Source of the DNA: Armatimonadetes bacterium UBA5352
Lineage (GTDB): Bacteria > Armatimonadota > Zipacnadia > Zipacnadales > UBA5352
Direction of reading: 5' to 3'
NCBI GenBank assembly: GCA_002411015.1
Contig: DHPY01000035.1
Coordinates: 24,118-88,117 of the forward strand
Length of the DNA: 64,000 bases
Part shown: positions 17,238-26,798 of the stretch, piece after piece
Layout: every line of letters starts with the position of its first letter
Numbering within the stretch: the first letter of the stretch is position 1
Program-made: the position numbers and the translations under genes
Notes under the pieces: model-generated
What the model saw: only the letters and a program-made list of their open reading frames with translations
What the model was told of the DNA's origin: nothing
The model's database searches: none

Positions 17238-19717
17238 TGCGGCAGCGTCCGCCACGCCGGCCGATACTGATGCGTCAACTCATGCTTTTCGCAGCACTTA
17301 TATCATGCATCTCCTGCGCGCAGGTGCAGGCAGTGGACCTCGCCCGCAATGGCGAGGCGCTCGTGCCCATCATCAGCGATGGCTCCGAGGGCATCGAGGC
17401 AGCGGTCGCCGACCTGAAGAGCTACCTTGACGCAGCCACCGGCGGCGAGTTCGCGCTGCTGGGGCCCGACGATGCGCACGAGGGGCCCGCGATCTACGTC
17501 GGCCCCACGCACTACCTCCCGCGCGAGACCGATGCCACCCGCAGTCGCTGGATGCTCAGCCAGATCGTGCAGATCCAGACGCGCGATGGCTCGCTCTACA
17601 TCACCGGCGGCGGCGTGGACGGCTCTGTCTTCGCCGTCTACGCATTCCTCGAGGACCTCTGCGGCTTCCGCTTCTTCCACCCCGGCGAGCTTGGCACGCA
17701 CGTCCCGGAGTTGCCAGACCTCAGCTTCAACGAGCTTGCGGTGCGGCAGGTGCCGAGCTTCGTCTACCGGCGGATGTGGCCAAGCGCGCAGATCCCGGAT
17801 CGGCGGATGTACCGCGAGTGGGAGACGTGGATGCGCAGGGGCCGCCAGGGCGGCCCCTCGATGGCGATGGGGCACAACCTCTTCCGGATCGTGCCCCCGG
17901 AGCTATACCCCGAGCACCCTGAGTTCTTCCCGGAGTTCGCGGGCGTGCGGCTCGACGCGCGCGGTGGCGCGCAGTGGCAGCCCGAACTGACCGCGCCAGG
18001 CGTCATTGAGCGCGCCGCCGAGCAGGCCATCGCGGCCTTCGAGGCAGACCCGAACCGGCATTCGTTCTCGCTCAGCATGAACGACAGCGATGGCTGGAGC
18101 GAATCGCCGGAGGCGCTGGCGGAGGATCCGCCGGAGTTCCGCGGCGTGCAGGACCGCGGCAAGGCCCGGCGCATGATCGTCTTCGCGAACGCGGTGGCGG
18201 AGCGCACCGCGGCGCGGTTCCCCGACCGCTACCTCATGTTCTACGCCTACAAGAGCACCCTCGAGCCGCCGAGCGAGCCGATGGTGCACCCGAATGTCAT
18301 CCCGGCGATCGCGCACTGGGGCATCGCGGGTGACTCGTTCCATCCGATCGTCGCGCCCGAGAACATCAGCCCGGCCAACGCGCTCTTCCGGCGCGCCATT
18401 GACGGCTGGGACCGCATCGCCGGGCCACTGGTCGCCCGCGAGTACTGGACCGCTCCCTACGCCGACCCGCTGCTGAAGGCCGGGATTACGCCGATCCTCT
18501 TCGAGGACATCCCGTACTACTACCAGCACGGCTTCATCGGCTGCAACTCCGAGGCCAACATCGACTGGGGCAACCTCGCGCTGAATCACTACGTCGCCGC
18601 GCGACTGATGTGGAACGTCGAATGCACCGCAACCGATCTGCTCGACGACTACTTCAGCACCTACTACGGGCGCGCCGCTGAGCCGATGCGGCAGTACTTC
18701 ACGCGCATCTGGGAGGTCGCGTACCGCCACCACCTGCCGGAGGAGATCGCGGTGCCGCTGTCTGAGGAGGACATCGTCTACCTCGACGAGCGCCTGCAGG
18801 AGGCGAAGACCCTCGCCGCCGCCGATGAACTGCGCGCGAGGCGCGTCGAGATGACGCGCGACTTCCTCGATGCGTGGCGGATGCGCCGCGAGCTTGGCAC
18901 CGCCTCGACGGCCCAGCAGATCGGCGCCTACATCGAGCATCTCGACACGCTTGCCGCGAAGCAGACGGACGCGATCGTGGTCCGGGGCTGGCAGCAGGAG
19001 TTCATGGCCGCGATCCCCGAGGCCACGGCATACGAGGGACCGGCGCTGGTCCGGGCGCTGCCCGATGAGCCGATCGAGCCTGTGGAGCCGCAGCCGCTGA
19101 TCTACCGGCCATCCGGCACCTGGCTCGTGCTCGTGGGCGAGGACCGCCGCATCGAGGCCACCGGCATTGGCGTGCAGGTCGGCCCGCGCTATACGCAGCG
19201 GCCATCGTGGCACGTTGTCTCGGCCGCGGGCGAGTCGATCGCTTCCGGCCACGTGCCGCTGCCCGGCGAGGCCAGGTTCGAGGTCGAGGTGCCCGCGCCG
19301 GGCCTCTACCAGATCATGATGAACGCCGGGCGCAACGGCTGCGGGATGGTCGTGCACAACTGCCCGTCGGTGATGACCGGCCCGGGTATGAAGCTCTGCG
19401 AGCGCCCCGGCACCATGTACTTCTGGGTGCCGGAGGACTGCGAGCGGTTCACGATCACCCTCTTCGCGGGCGAGGGTGAGAGCGCCGCGATGAGCATCTT
19501 CCGCCCGTCAGGCGAGCTTGCGTTCAGCGGAGATACGCTCGCTGGCGACGCCGTCCCGGCGGCCATCGAGACCGGCCCGGCCGAGCGCGGACAGGCGTGG
19601 CGGATCGAGATCAGTGAGGCGCCACGGGGGATGATGGAAGACTTCTCGCTGCTGCTGAGCGATGAACTGCCGCCGTATCTGGCGACATCGCCGGGGGCGC
19701 TGCTGAGGCCGGAGTAG
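17237..19717 (+). CDS. Exported DUF4838-like (glycoside hydrolase-like) protein
   Basis: Signal-peptide-like N-terminus; AVYAFLEDLCGFRFF, PSFVYR, HPEFF, SLSMND, FYAY, YVAARLMWN, DYFSTYYG; alternative ATG 17270. Confidence 0.75.
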   Translation: MRQRPPRRPILMRQLMLFAALISCISCAQVQAVDLARNGEALVPIISDGSEGIEAAVADLKSYLDAATGGEFALLGPDDAHEGPAIYVGPTHYLPRETDATRSRWMLSQIVQIQTRDGSLYITGGGVDGSVFAVYAFLEDLCGFRFFHPGELGTHVPELPDLSFNELAVRQVPSFVYRRMWPSAQIPDRRMYREWETWMRRGRQGGPSMAMGHNLFRIVPPELYPEHPEFFPEFAGVRLDARGGAQWQPELTAPGVIERAAEQAIAAFEADPNRHSFSLSMNDSDGWSESPEALAEDPPEFRGVQDRGKARRMIVFANAVAERTAARFPDRYLMFYAYKSTLEPPSEPMVHPNVIPAIAHWGIAGDSFHPIVAPENISPANALFRRAIDGWDRIAGPLVAREYWTAPYADPLLKAGITPILFEDIPYYYQHGFIGCNSEANIDWGNLALNHYVAARLMWNVECTATDLLDDYFSTYYGRAAEPMRQYFTRIWEVAYRHHLPEEIAVPLSEEDIVYLDERLQEAKTLAAADELRARRVEMTRDFLDAWRMRRELGTASTAQQIGAYIEHLDTLAAKQTDAIVVRGWQQEFMAAIPEATAYEGPALVRALPDEPIEPVEPQPLIYRPSGTWLVLVGEDRRIEATGIGVQVGPRYTQRPSWHVVSAAGESIASGHVPLPGEARFEVEVPAPGLYQIMMNAGRNGCGMVVHNCPSVMTGPGMKLCERPGTMYFWVPEDCERFTITLFAGEGESAAMSIFRPSGELAFSGDTLAGDAVPAAIETGPAERGQAWRIEISEAPRGMMEDFSLLLSDELPPYLATSPGALLRPE

Positions 19718-19727
19718 CCAAACGACG

Positions 19728-19800
19728 GCCCCTCCCCCCGGCCCCCTCCCCCTTGCGCGCAAACGACAGCGCGCTGGCGGGAGAGGGGGAGGAACGACTG
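19728..19800 (+). repeat. Left copy of ~74-bp palindromic REP-like inverted repeat
   Basis: Matches the reverse complement of 20220-20294 with 2 substitutions and 2 single-base indels. Confidence 0.9.
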
Positions 19801-19830
19801 TCAGCCGGCAGCACGGGAGGGGAGCCGCCG

Positions 19831-20205
19831 ATGCGGCAGGACGCCAGGCGGTCTGTTCGCTGCGTCGCAGACGGCCACAAGCTCAAGTTCGCTCGGGAGC
19901 AGCGGCGGGAGCCGACAGAGTCCGAACAGCGGCTCTGGCAGCATCTCAGGCGTCACAGCCTTGGCGTGCCGTTCCGCCGCCAGCACCCGATCGGTGAGTT
20001 CGTCCTTGACTTCTACTGCGCACCCGCAAGACTGGCCGTGGAGATTGACGGACCGGCTCATGAGCAGCAGAGGGAATACGATCAGTGGCGGGATGCCGAG
20101 CTTGCTGAGCGCGGAATCCGCATGCTGCGCATCGGTGACGATCAGGTGCGTCAATATATCAACGCGGTACTGGAGATGATCAGGACCGAACTCGCGAAAG
20201 TCTAA
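19831..20205 (+). CDS. DUF559 (Vsr-like/YcjD) endonuclease domain protein
   Basis: T.SE..LW..LR, FRRQHPIG.FVLDFYC, LAVEIDG..H, YD..RD..L...G motifs. Confidence 0.92.
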   Translation: MRQDARRSVRCVADGHKLKFAREQRREPTESEQRLWQHLRRHSLGVPFRRQHPIGEFVLDFYCAPARLAVEIDGPAHEQQREYDQWRDAELAERGIRMLRIGDDQVRQYINAVLEMIRTELAKV

Positions 20206-20219
20206 CGGACGAGAGCCGC

Positions 20220-20294
20220 CAGTCGTTCCTCCCCCTCTCCCGCCGGCGCGCCGTCGTTTGCGCGCAAGGGGGAGGGGGACCGAGGGGGAGGGGC
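20220..20294 (-). repeat. Right copy of ~74-bp palindromic REP-like inverted repeat
   Basis: Inverted partner of 19728-19800. Confidence 0.9.
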
Positions 20295-20329
20295 GCGGGG
20301 CCATCCATGATCTACCAGGAGGGTTCAAC

Positions 20330-21652
20330 ATGACCGACACACCGCAGGAGAAGAAGTCCGACTTCCGCTACGCCACAGGGGACGCAACCGTGCCGTGGGC
20401 GGCCGTAGGCGAGCATATCTGGCATGAGGACCTGATGGGCCTCGTGAAGCTGCTGGTCAAGCCCGCCGGCGATGAGGCTGAGTTCGCGGGCGCGATGGCC
20501 AGCTTCGAGCAGGCCCTCACCTCCCTCTGCGCATGCGGCCGGCCTACCGCCAAGCTCAGCCTCGGCGACACCGTGAAGCAGCTTGAGGAGGAGGTCGCGC
20601 GCTTCCTCGGCAGCAAGTACGCCTGCTTCGTGACCAACGCCACCGCCGGCTTCCAGATCGCCCACCAGTTCGCCGATCTCGGGCCGGGCGATGAGGTCAT
20701 CCTGCCCGCGATCACCTTCATCGCGACCGGCGTCTACCCGCCGCTCGTCGGCGCGAAGTGCGTCTTCGCGGACGTTGACCCGCGCACGATCAACATGGAC
20801 CCGGAGGACGTCGCCCGGAAGATCACCGATCGCACGAAGGTCATCATGCCCGTGCACATCGGCGGCTACCCGGTGGACATGGACCCGATCATGGAGATCG
20901 CGAATGAGCGCGGGATCACCGTCATCGAGGACGCCGCACATGCCTTCGGCGGAAAGTACAAGGGGAGGATGACCGGCACCGTCGGCCACTTCGGCTCCTT
21001 CAGCTTCCATGAGGTGAAGAACATCACCGCCTTTGGCGAGGGCGGGATCGTCTGCACCGACACCGACTTCGGCCAGTACTTCAACCAGGCCCGCTTCTGC
21101 GGCGTGGATATGAGCGAGCAGATTGAGAACTGGCTCTACGACGTGAAGGCGCTCCCGACCACCACCGGCGGCCCGCAGGTCCCGGGCAACCACTCCTCCA
21201 CCGAGATCCAGGCGGCCTGCCTCCTCGGGCAGATGGAGCGGCTTGAGGGGATCATTCGCGTGCGCCGCGAGCGCGCGGAGTACCTCAACGAGCGCTTCAA
21301 GGACGTCCCGGGGCTGATCCCCGCGCCGCTGAACACCGAGGAGATCGAGAGCACCTTCCACCTCTACCTGCTGCAGGTGGACCCGGAGGTGCTGGGCGCG
21401 GACATCCGCCCGTTCAGGGCGCTGCTCACGGAGAAGGGCGTCACGAACATCCCGCACTTCGCGCCGCTGTATCACTTCACGATCTACAAGCAGCTCGGCT
21501 ATGATACTGACGCGATCGCGCAGAGCTGCCCGAACGCCGAGAACGCCTTCTGGCACACCTTCACGCACCTGCCACTCTACCCGCTGTGCGACGATCAGGT
21601 GGAGACGATGGCGGACCTCGTCATCGAAACCGCGAACGAAATCCGCGGGTAA
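20330..21652 (+). CDS. DegT/DnrJ/EryC1/StrS sugar aminotransferase
   Basis: GPGDEVILP, VIEDAAHA, SFSFHEVKN (PLP lysine); AGGAGG RBS. Confidence 0.9.
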   Translation: MTDTPQEKKSDFRYATGDATVPWAAVGEHIWHEDLMGLVKLLVKPAGDEAEFAGAMASFEQALTSLCACGRPTAKLSLGDTVKQLEEEVARFLGSKYACFVTNATAGFQIAHQFADLGPGDEVILPAITFIATGVYPPLVGAKCVFADVDPRTINMDPEDVARKITDRTKVIMPVHIGGYPVDMDPIMEIANERGITVIEDAAHAFGGKYKGRMTGTVGHFGSFSFHEVKNITAFGEGGIVCTDTDFGQYFNQARFCGVDMSEQIENWLYDVKALPTTTGGPQVPGNHSSTEIQAACLLGQMERLEGIIRVRRERAEYLNERFKDVPGLIPAPLNTEEIESTFHLYLLQVDPEVLGADIRPFRALLTEKGVTNIPHFAPLYHFTIYKQLGYDTDAIAQSCPNAENAFWHTFTHLPLYPLCDDQVETMADLVIETANEIRG

Positions 21653-21743
21653 CGACGGCGAACGACAGCAGGCGACAGCCCACTGCAGGAACGACACGGA
21701 CCGCGGGCGACAGGCTCGTGGTCCGTGCCACAGGGGTGAGACC

Positions 21744-22448
21744 GTGCCCGACCAGCACCCCATACTGAAAGTCTGTGGCCTCACGCGCGTTGCGGATGTC
21801 CGCTGCGCCGAGGCCACGGGCGCCAGCTTCTGCGGCCTGATCGTCGAGATCGAGCGCTCCCCGCGCTCCATCACGCGCGAGCAGGCCGTGCTGCTTGCGC
21901 GCGGCTGCCGGGCACGCCCGGTGCTGGTGGTTGAGAGCATGCCGCCCGAGGAGATCGCGGCGCTCGTTGAGGCTACGGGCGCGCACGCGGTCCAACTCCA
22001 TGGCGGCGATGAGGAGTACCTTCGCGAGGTGACGGAGGCGCTCGACCGGCGAGCCTTCGTCTGGCGACCCGTCGGGCTACCCGAGCAGTGCGAAGACCGC
22101 GCGGCGCTGGTTGCCGAGACGCTTGCGGAGATCGAGGCCGCGCTGGCGGCCGGGGCGTCGGCGATCGTGCTCGATACGCGCACATCCAGCGGCACCGGCG
22201 GCTCAGGCCGCACCTGCGACTGGGAGGCGGCGGCGGAGATCGTGCGGCGGACGAACGCGCCGGTGCTGCTTGCGGGAGGCCTCGACCCGGCGAACGTTCG
22301 GGATGCCCTGCGCGTCACAGGCGCGGCGGGAGCGGATCTTTCCTCGAGCCTCGAAGCCGCGCCCGGACGCAAGTCGCCAGCGCGGCTGCGGGAGTTGGCT
22401 GCCGCATGGGCCCGGATCATGCCGGGATGCGAAGCGGACGGGCTCTAG
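21744..22448 (+). CDS. trpF: Phosphoribosylanthranilate isomerase
   Basis: KVCGLT, VQLHG, VLDT, GGSG...DW, LLAGGL, DLSSSLE. Confidence 0.88.
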   Translation: MPDQHPILKVCGLTRVADVRCAEATGASFCGLIVEIERSPRSITREQAVLLARGCRARPVLVVESMPPEEIAALVEATGAHAVQLHGGDEEYLREVTEALDRRAFVWRPVGLPEQCEDRAALVAETLAEIEAALAAGASAIVLDTRTSSGTGGSGRTCDWEAAAEIVRRTNAPVLLAGGLDPANVRDALRVTGAAGADLSSSLEAAPGRKSPARLRELAAAWARIMPGCEADGL

Positions 22449-22543
22449 CCCTGCGCGAAGCAGGTATTCGCCCGCCGCTGGAGAATACACTCAGACTAAC
22501 CTGACTACCACAGGTCTAACAAGCCTTCAGGAGGAGATCCACG

Positions 22544-23818
22544 ATGTCTGACGAGAAGCTCGCGATCGACGGCGGTAAGCCGATTCGCACCGAGGAGTAC
22601 CCGCCGTGGCCGTACTTCGAGGAGGACTCGATTGAGGCCGCGATGGAGCCGCTGCGCACCGGCAGAGTGAACTACTGGACCGGCAAGGTCGGCGTGGAGT
22701 TCGAGCAGAAGTTCGCGGCGTGGGAGGGCACAAACTTCGCCATCTCGACCGCGAACGGCACCACCGCGCTGCACACCGCCCTCGGCGGCCTGGGCATCGG
22801 CCCTGGCGATGAGGTCATCGTGCCGAGCTACACCTTCATCGCGTCATCCATGTGCGTGCCGCAGGCGGGCGCTATCCCGGTCTTCGCGGACGTGGAGAAG
22901 CTCACGCACACCATCTCGCCCGAGTCGATCCTCGAGAAGATCTCGCCCCGTACAAAGGCGATCATCCCCGTGCACCTCTACGGCTGCATGGCCGACATGG
23001 GCGCGATCATGGACATCGCGAAGGAGTACGGCCTCTACGTGGTTGAGGACGCGGCGCAGGCGCATGGCGGCAAGTACAACGGCAAGATGGCCGGCTCCAT
23101 CGGCGACATCGGCGCCTTCAGCTTCTGCCAGTCGAAGCACTTCACGACCGGCGGCGAGGGCGGCATGGTCGTCACGGACAACGAGGAGTGGGCGTGGAAC
23201 TGCCGCTCCTTCCGCGATCACGGCTACGACGTCTCCGAGCGCATCCGGCTGCTTGAGCTGGAGGAGAAGCTGCCCTACATCCACCAGCGCATCGGCTACA
23301 ACTTCCGGCTGACCGAGATGCAGTCGGCAATCGGGATCGTGCAGCTTGAGAAGATGGACAGCTGGAACACCCCAAACCGCCGCCGCAACGCGAAGATCCT
23401 CGACGCGGCGCTCGAGGGCGAGGACTACATCCTGGCGCTGCCGATCGACACGGAGGAGCGCGAGAACGCGTACTGGCAGTACCCGATCATCCTCAACACG
23501 GAGCGGCTGTCGGTTGACGCACGGGACTTCTTCAAGGCCGTCGGGGCCGAGGGCGTGCCGGCCGGCCCGGTCATGTGGCCGCAGAGCTACAAGGAGGCCT
23601 GCTACCGCAAGCACGTGGGCTTCGGGCGGCTGCAGTATCCGTTCCGCGACCCGCACGTGCGCGCCGAGGCGACCGACTACATCAACACCTTCTGCCCGAA
23701 CGCCGCGTGGGCGGAGTCGCGCACGTTCTTCGTCCCGGTCCACCCGACCTACGAAGAGCAGGACATGCACGACATCGCCGCTGCGATCAAGAAGGTCGGC
23801 CGCGCGTACCTGAAGTAA
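22544..23818 (+). CDS. DegT/DnrJ/EryC1/StrS sugar aminotransferase
   Basis: LAIDGGKP, ANGTTALH, VVEDAAQAHG, FSFCQSKH, GYNFRLTE. Confidence 0.92.
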   Translation: MSDEKLAIDGGKPIRTEEYPPWPYFEEDSIEAAMEPLRTGRVNYWTGKVGVEFEQKFAAWEGTNFAISTANGTTALHTALGGLGIGPGDEVIVPSYTFIASSMCVPQAGAIPVFADVEKLTHTISPESILEKISPRTKAIIPVHLYGCMADMGAIMDIAKEYGLYVVEDAAQAHGGKYNGKMAGSIGDIGAFSFCQSKHFTTGGEGGMVVTDNEEWAWNCRSFRDHGYDVSERIRLLELEEKLPYIHQRIGYNFRLTEMQSAIGIVQLEKMDSWNTPNRRRNAKILDAALEGEDYILALPIDTEERENAYWQYPIILNTERLSVDARDFFKAVGAEGVPAGPVMWPQSYKEACYRKHVGFGRLQYPFRDPHVRAEATDYINTFCPNAAWAESRTFFVPVHPTYEEQDMHDIAAAIKKVGRAYLK

Positions 23819-23918
23819 GGAGGGGCGGGCTTCCCTGCCCGCCCGGTCGTTCGGAGGGGCGGGCTTCCCTGCCCGCCCGGTCGTCCGGAGGGGCGGGCTT
23901 CCCTGCCCGCCCGGTCGT
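23819..23918 (+). repeat. Three tandem identical 32-bp palindromic REP-like units
   Basis: GGAGGGGCGGGCTTCCCTGCCCGCCCGGTCGT at 23819, 23853 and 23887 (34-bp period). Confidence 0.92.
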
Positions 23919-23920
23919 TT

Positions 23921-23991
23921 GCCGTTGCCGTCAGCCGTTGCCGTTGCCGTTGCCGTCAGCCGTTGCCGTTGCTGTCAGCCGTTGCCGTTGT
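23921..23991 (+). repeat. (GCCGTT)n / GCCGTCA simple sequence repeat
   Basis: Direct reading of the sequence. Confidence 0.9.
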
Positions 23992-24121
23992 GGCCCCGGC
24001 GCCCCGCCGGGGGCCGTTCTCAACACGCGGCACAACCGGCCACACCGTAAGCGCGAAATGGCGGGCGCGGCGGTCTTCCGCCGCGCCCGTTTCATGTATG
24101 ACCCTGAGAGGACGGTACCCC

Positions 24122-25129
24122 ATGCCCGACGCACTCGGCGTAGGAATCATCGGTCTGCACATGGGAGCGGGCCAGCTCCGGCAGATCGCGAACGTGCCCG
24201 GCCTGAAGATCACCGCCATCTGCGACCTCGAAGAGGCGCTCATCAAGCACATCCAGAAGGAGTTTGATATCCCCTTCGCCACCACCAACTATGAGGAGCT
24301 GTGCCGGCGCGAGGACGTGGACATCGTCTCCGTCGCCACACCCGACTACGTGCACCTCGAGATGGCCGAGGCGGCCTTCGCGAACATGAAGCACGTGATG
24401 ATGGAAAAGCCGCTCGCGCGCACCGTGGATGAGTGCCAGAAGATGATTGACGCGCAGCGCGCCGCCGGTACGAAGCTCATGACCGCGCACGTGGCCCGCT
24501 TCTACGGGACCTTCCAGAAGATCAAGTCGTGGACGCAGGACGGCACGCTCGGCGAGGTCTACAACCTCTACACCAGCTACATCCACAACTACGAGAACAT
24601 CCCGGGCTTCAACGAGTGGCGCTTCGACCCGGAGCTGCGCCATCAGCTCATCGGCGGCGGCTGCCACGCGATCGACCTCGCACGCTGGATCGGCGGAGAG
24701 GTCGAGGAGGTCTCGTGCTACAGCAACCACTTCAACATCCCGGTGCTGCAGACCGACGACCACTTCAACATCAACCTGAAGTTCCAGTCCGGCGCGGTCG
24801 GCATCGTCGTCGGCTCCTTCGGCTGCGCGCATCCCTACAACATTGACATGCACGTCTGGGGCACCAATGGCAGCGTCATCGCCACGAACACCTGGGACGA
24901 GGCGAAGCTCTGCCTGCGCTCGATCGACCGCAACAAGTGGCTCGACATGCCCGTGCTGCGCGAGGGCAAGGGCCTGGCCTCGGAGTTCCAGGTGCTCGCG
25001 AACGCGATCCGCAACGACAGCGAGATCGAGAGCGACGGCGTCTCCGGCGCCCGCACGGTCGCCATCGGCTGGGCGGCCATCGAGTCGTCCCGCGAGGGCA
25101 GGCCGGTCCAGCCGAAGCTGGACTTCTGA
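24122..25129 (+). CDS. Gfo/Idh/MocA oxidoreductase
   Basis: VGIIGLHMG, MEKP, GGGCHAIDL. Confidence 0.9.
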   Translation: MPDALGVGIIGLHMGAGQLRQIANVPGLKITAICDLEEALIKHIQKEFDIPFATTNYEELCRREDVDIVSVATPDYVHLEMAEAAFANMKHVMMEKPLARTVDECQKMIDAQRAAGTKLMTAHVARFYGTFQKIKSWTQDGTLGEVYNLYTSYIHNYENIPGFNEWRFDPELRHQLIGGGCHAIDLARWIGGEVEEVSCYSNHFNIPVLQTDDHFNINLKFQSGAVGIVVGSFGCAHPYNIDMHVWGTNGSVIATNTWDEAKLCLRSIDRNKWLDMPVLREGKGLASEFQVLANAIRNDSEIESDGVSGARTVAIGWAAIESSREGRPVQPKLDF

Positions 25130-25206
25130 GTGGAGGAGGAGCCTCGCCTCCGGGCGAAGCTCCCTCCGCGGACGCCCCATGCGCGCTGAGGGAGGTCGCT
25201 TCGGCC

Positions 25207-25929
25207 ATGCTGCAGCTTGATGATCGGCAGAAGGTGCTCGCCGGGCTCACGCTCTTCCTGATCCTCGCGCACCTGATCTTCCCGAAATCCGGCGTCGATG
25301 AGGGCACTGTGGCGCTGCTCGGCTTCTTCACGGCGGTGCTCTACGGGAAGGAGTTCGGCCGCTCGCTGAGGATCGGCCTGCGCATGGCCATTGACGCGCC
25401 GGAGCGGCGGGCCGCAAGGGAGGCTGCCCAGGCCCCGGCCTCTGTGCCCGCGCCTGCGCAGGCTGAGCCACCGGCGGCCGCCGCGCCCGCTCCTTCAGCG
25501 GCGCAGGCGGAGCTGGCGGAGCGCGTCCGGCAGATCTCCTACCAGGCGGAGCACGCACGCATCGCCGCCGAGAGCGAGGGGCTGCCTCCGGGCGCGCGCA
25601 TGGGCGATGTGGCCTGGGGCATCGTGCAACGCTCCAGCGGGCAGCCTCGCGTCGCGCTGATGCTGACGCTCCGGGCCGTGGAGCAGCGGCTGGAGGCGGC
25701 CACCGGGCTGAAGGATATCTCAGCCGCGATCCGGCGGCTCGTCGAGACGAGCAAGGCGCCCCGGCAGCTCGCGGAGGCGCTTGAGGCGTGGAGGCGCGCG
25801 CGCAACGACGTCGCGCAGGCCGTAAATGGCGGCATCACGGACGACGCGCTCTGGGCGCTGGTGGACATCGGCGCGATGCTGGTGTCGCTCATCCCGAACG
25901 GCGGGCCTGCGCCCTCCACGGAGAACTGA
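25207..25929 (+). CDS. Hypothetical membrane-anchored protein with possible degenerate HEPN-like domain
   Basis: Two N-terminal hydrophobic helices, Ala/Pro linker, helical C-terminus with RNDVAQ; GGAGGT RBS. Confidence 0.7.
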   Translation: MLQLDDRQKVLAGLTLFLILAHLIFPKSGVDEGTVALLGFFTAVLYGKEFGRSLRIGLRMAIDAPERRAAREAAQAPASVPAPAQAEPPAAAAPAPSAAQAELAERVRQISYQAEHARIAAESEGLPPGARMGDVAWGIVQRSSGQPRVALMLTLRAVEQRLEAATGLKDISAAIRRLVETSKAPRQLAEALEAWRRARNDVAQAVNGGITDDALWALVDIGAMLVSLIPNGGPAPSTEN

Positions 25930-25947
25930 ACGGCAGGAGATACTCGC

Positions 25948-26736
25948 ATGAACGCGAAGGAAGTCGAAGCCGTGGTGCTGGGCATATCGCCGCTCGAACG
26001 GGCCATGCCGGGCGATCCGACAGGGCTTCTCTACGGTGACCCTGACATCGAGGTGACCGGCGTCGCGGTCACCTGGACGCCCACCGTGCAGGTGCTGCGG
26101 GAGGCGGCCGTGGATGGCCTCAACTTCGTGCTCACGCACGAGATCCCGTTCTTCGCCTCCGCGAACTCGAACTGGTTCCGCACGATGCCCGAAGAGGAGC
26201 GGCCGTACAACATCGCGCGCCGCAGCATCCTCGACGCGCACGGGATGGCCGTCTGCCGCTGCCACTCGAACTGGGACGGCACCCCGGGCGGCGTGATGGA
26301 CTCATGCGCCGAGGCGCTCGGCTTTGAGGACATCGCGAGCGGCGGCGACTACTGCCGCACCTACGCGATCGAGCCGCTGACCGTCGCCGAACTGGCCGAT
26401 CACGCGAAGCTTGCGCTGGGCGTGCCGGTGGTGCGCGTGGCGGGCGACGGTGGACGTATGGTCACGCTCGTCACCGTGATGTATGGCGGCCTGCTGCAGC
26501 ACTGGCACGGCGTGGACGAGGCGCTGCTGGCGGGCGCGGACGCGATCATCTGCGGCGAGGCGCTCGACTACAGCTTCCGCGCGGCGGTGGACGCGGGCAT
26601 CCCGCTGATCGAGACCGCGCACATCAACTCGGAGAACCCGGGCATGCGGGAGTTCGCGCGCAAGCTCTCCGCGAAGCTCCCGCCGGAGATGCCCGTGAGG
26701 TTCATAGACGCCGGGATGCCGTGGCGCTTCTTCTGA
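25948..26736 (+). CDS. NIF3/DUF34 dinuclear metal-centre protein
   Basis: GLLYGDPD.EV.G, LTHE, CHSNWD, IETAHINSE. Confidence 0.88.
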   Translation: MNAKEVEAVVLGISPLERAMPGDPTGLLYGDPDIEVTGVAVTWTPTVQVLREAAVDGLNFVLTHEIPFFASANSNWFRTMPEEERPYNIARRSILDAHGMAVCRCHSNWDGTPGGVMDSCAEALGFEDIASGGDYCRTYAIEPLTVAELADHAKLALGVPVVRVAGDGGRMVTLVTVMYGGLLQHWHGVDEALLAGADAIICGEALDYSFRAAVDAGIPLIETAHINSENPGMREFARKLSAKLPPEMPVRFIDAGMPWRFF

Positions 26737-26798
26737 GCGCGGCCCGGCAGAGCAGCATCGGGCACAGGATCCAACACAACTGACGGAGGTGTTGACGA

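Noticed and set aside
20312-22420. Long antisense ORFs (702 aa here, 632 aa at 40987, and others)
   Set aside because: Typical high-GC shadow ORFs opposite well-supported genes
23819-23918. 32-bp direct repeats as a CRISPR array
   Set aside because: Spacers are only 2 nt and no cas genes are present
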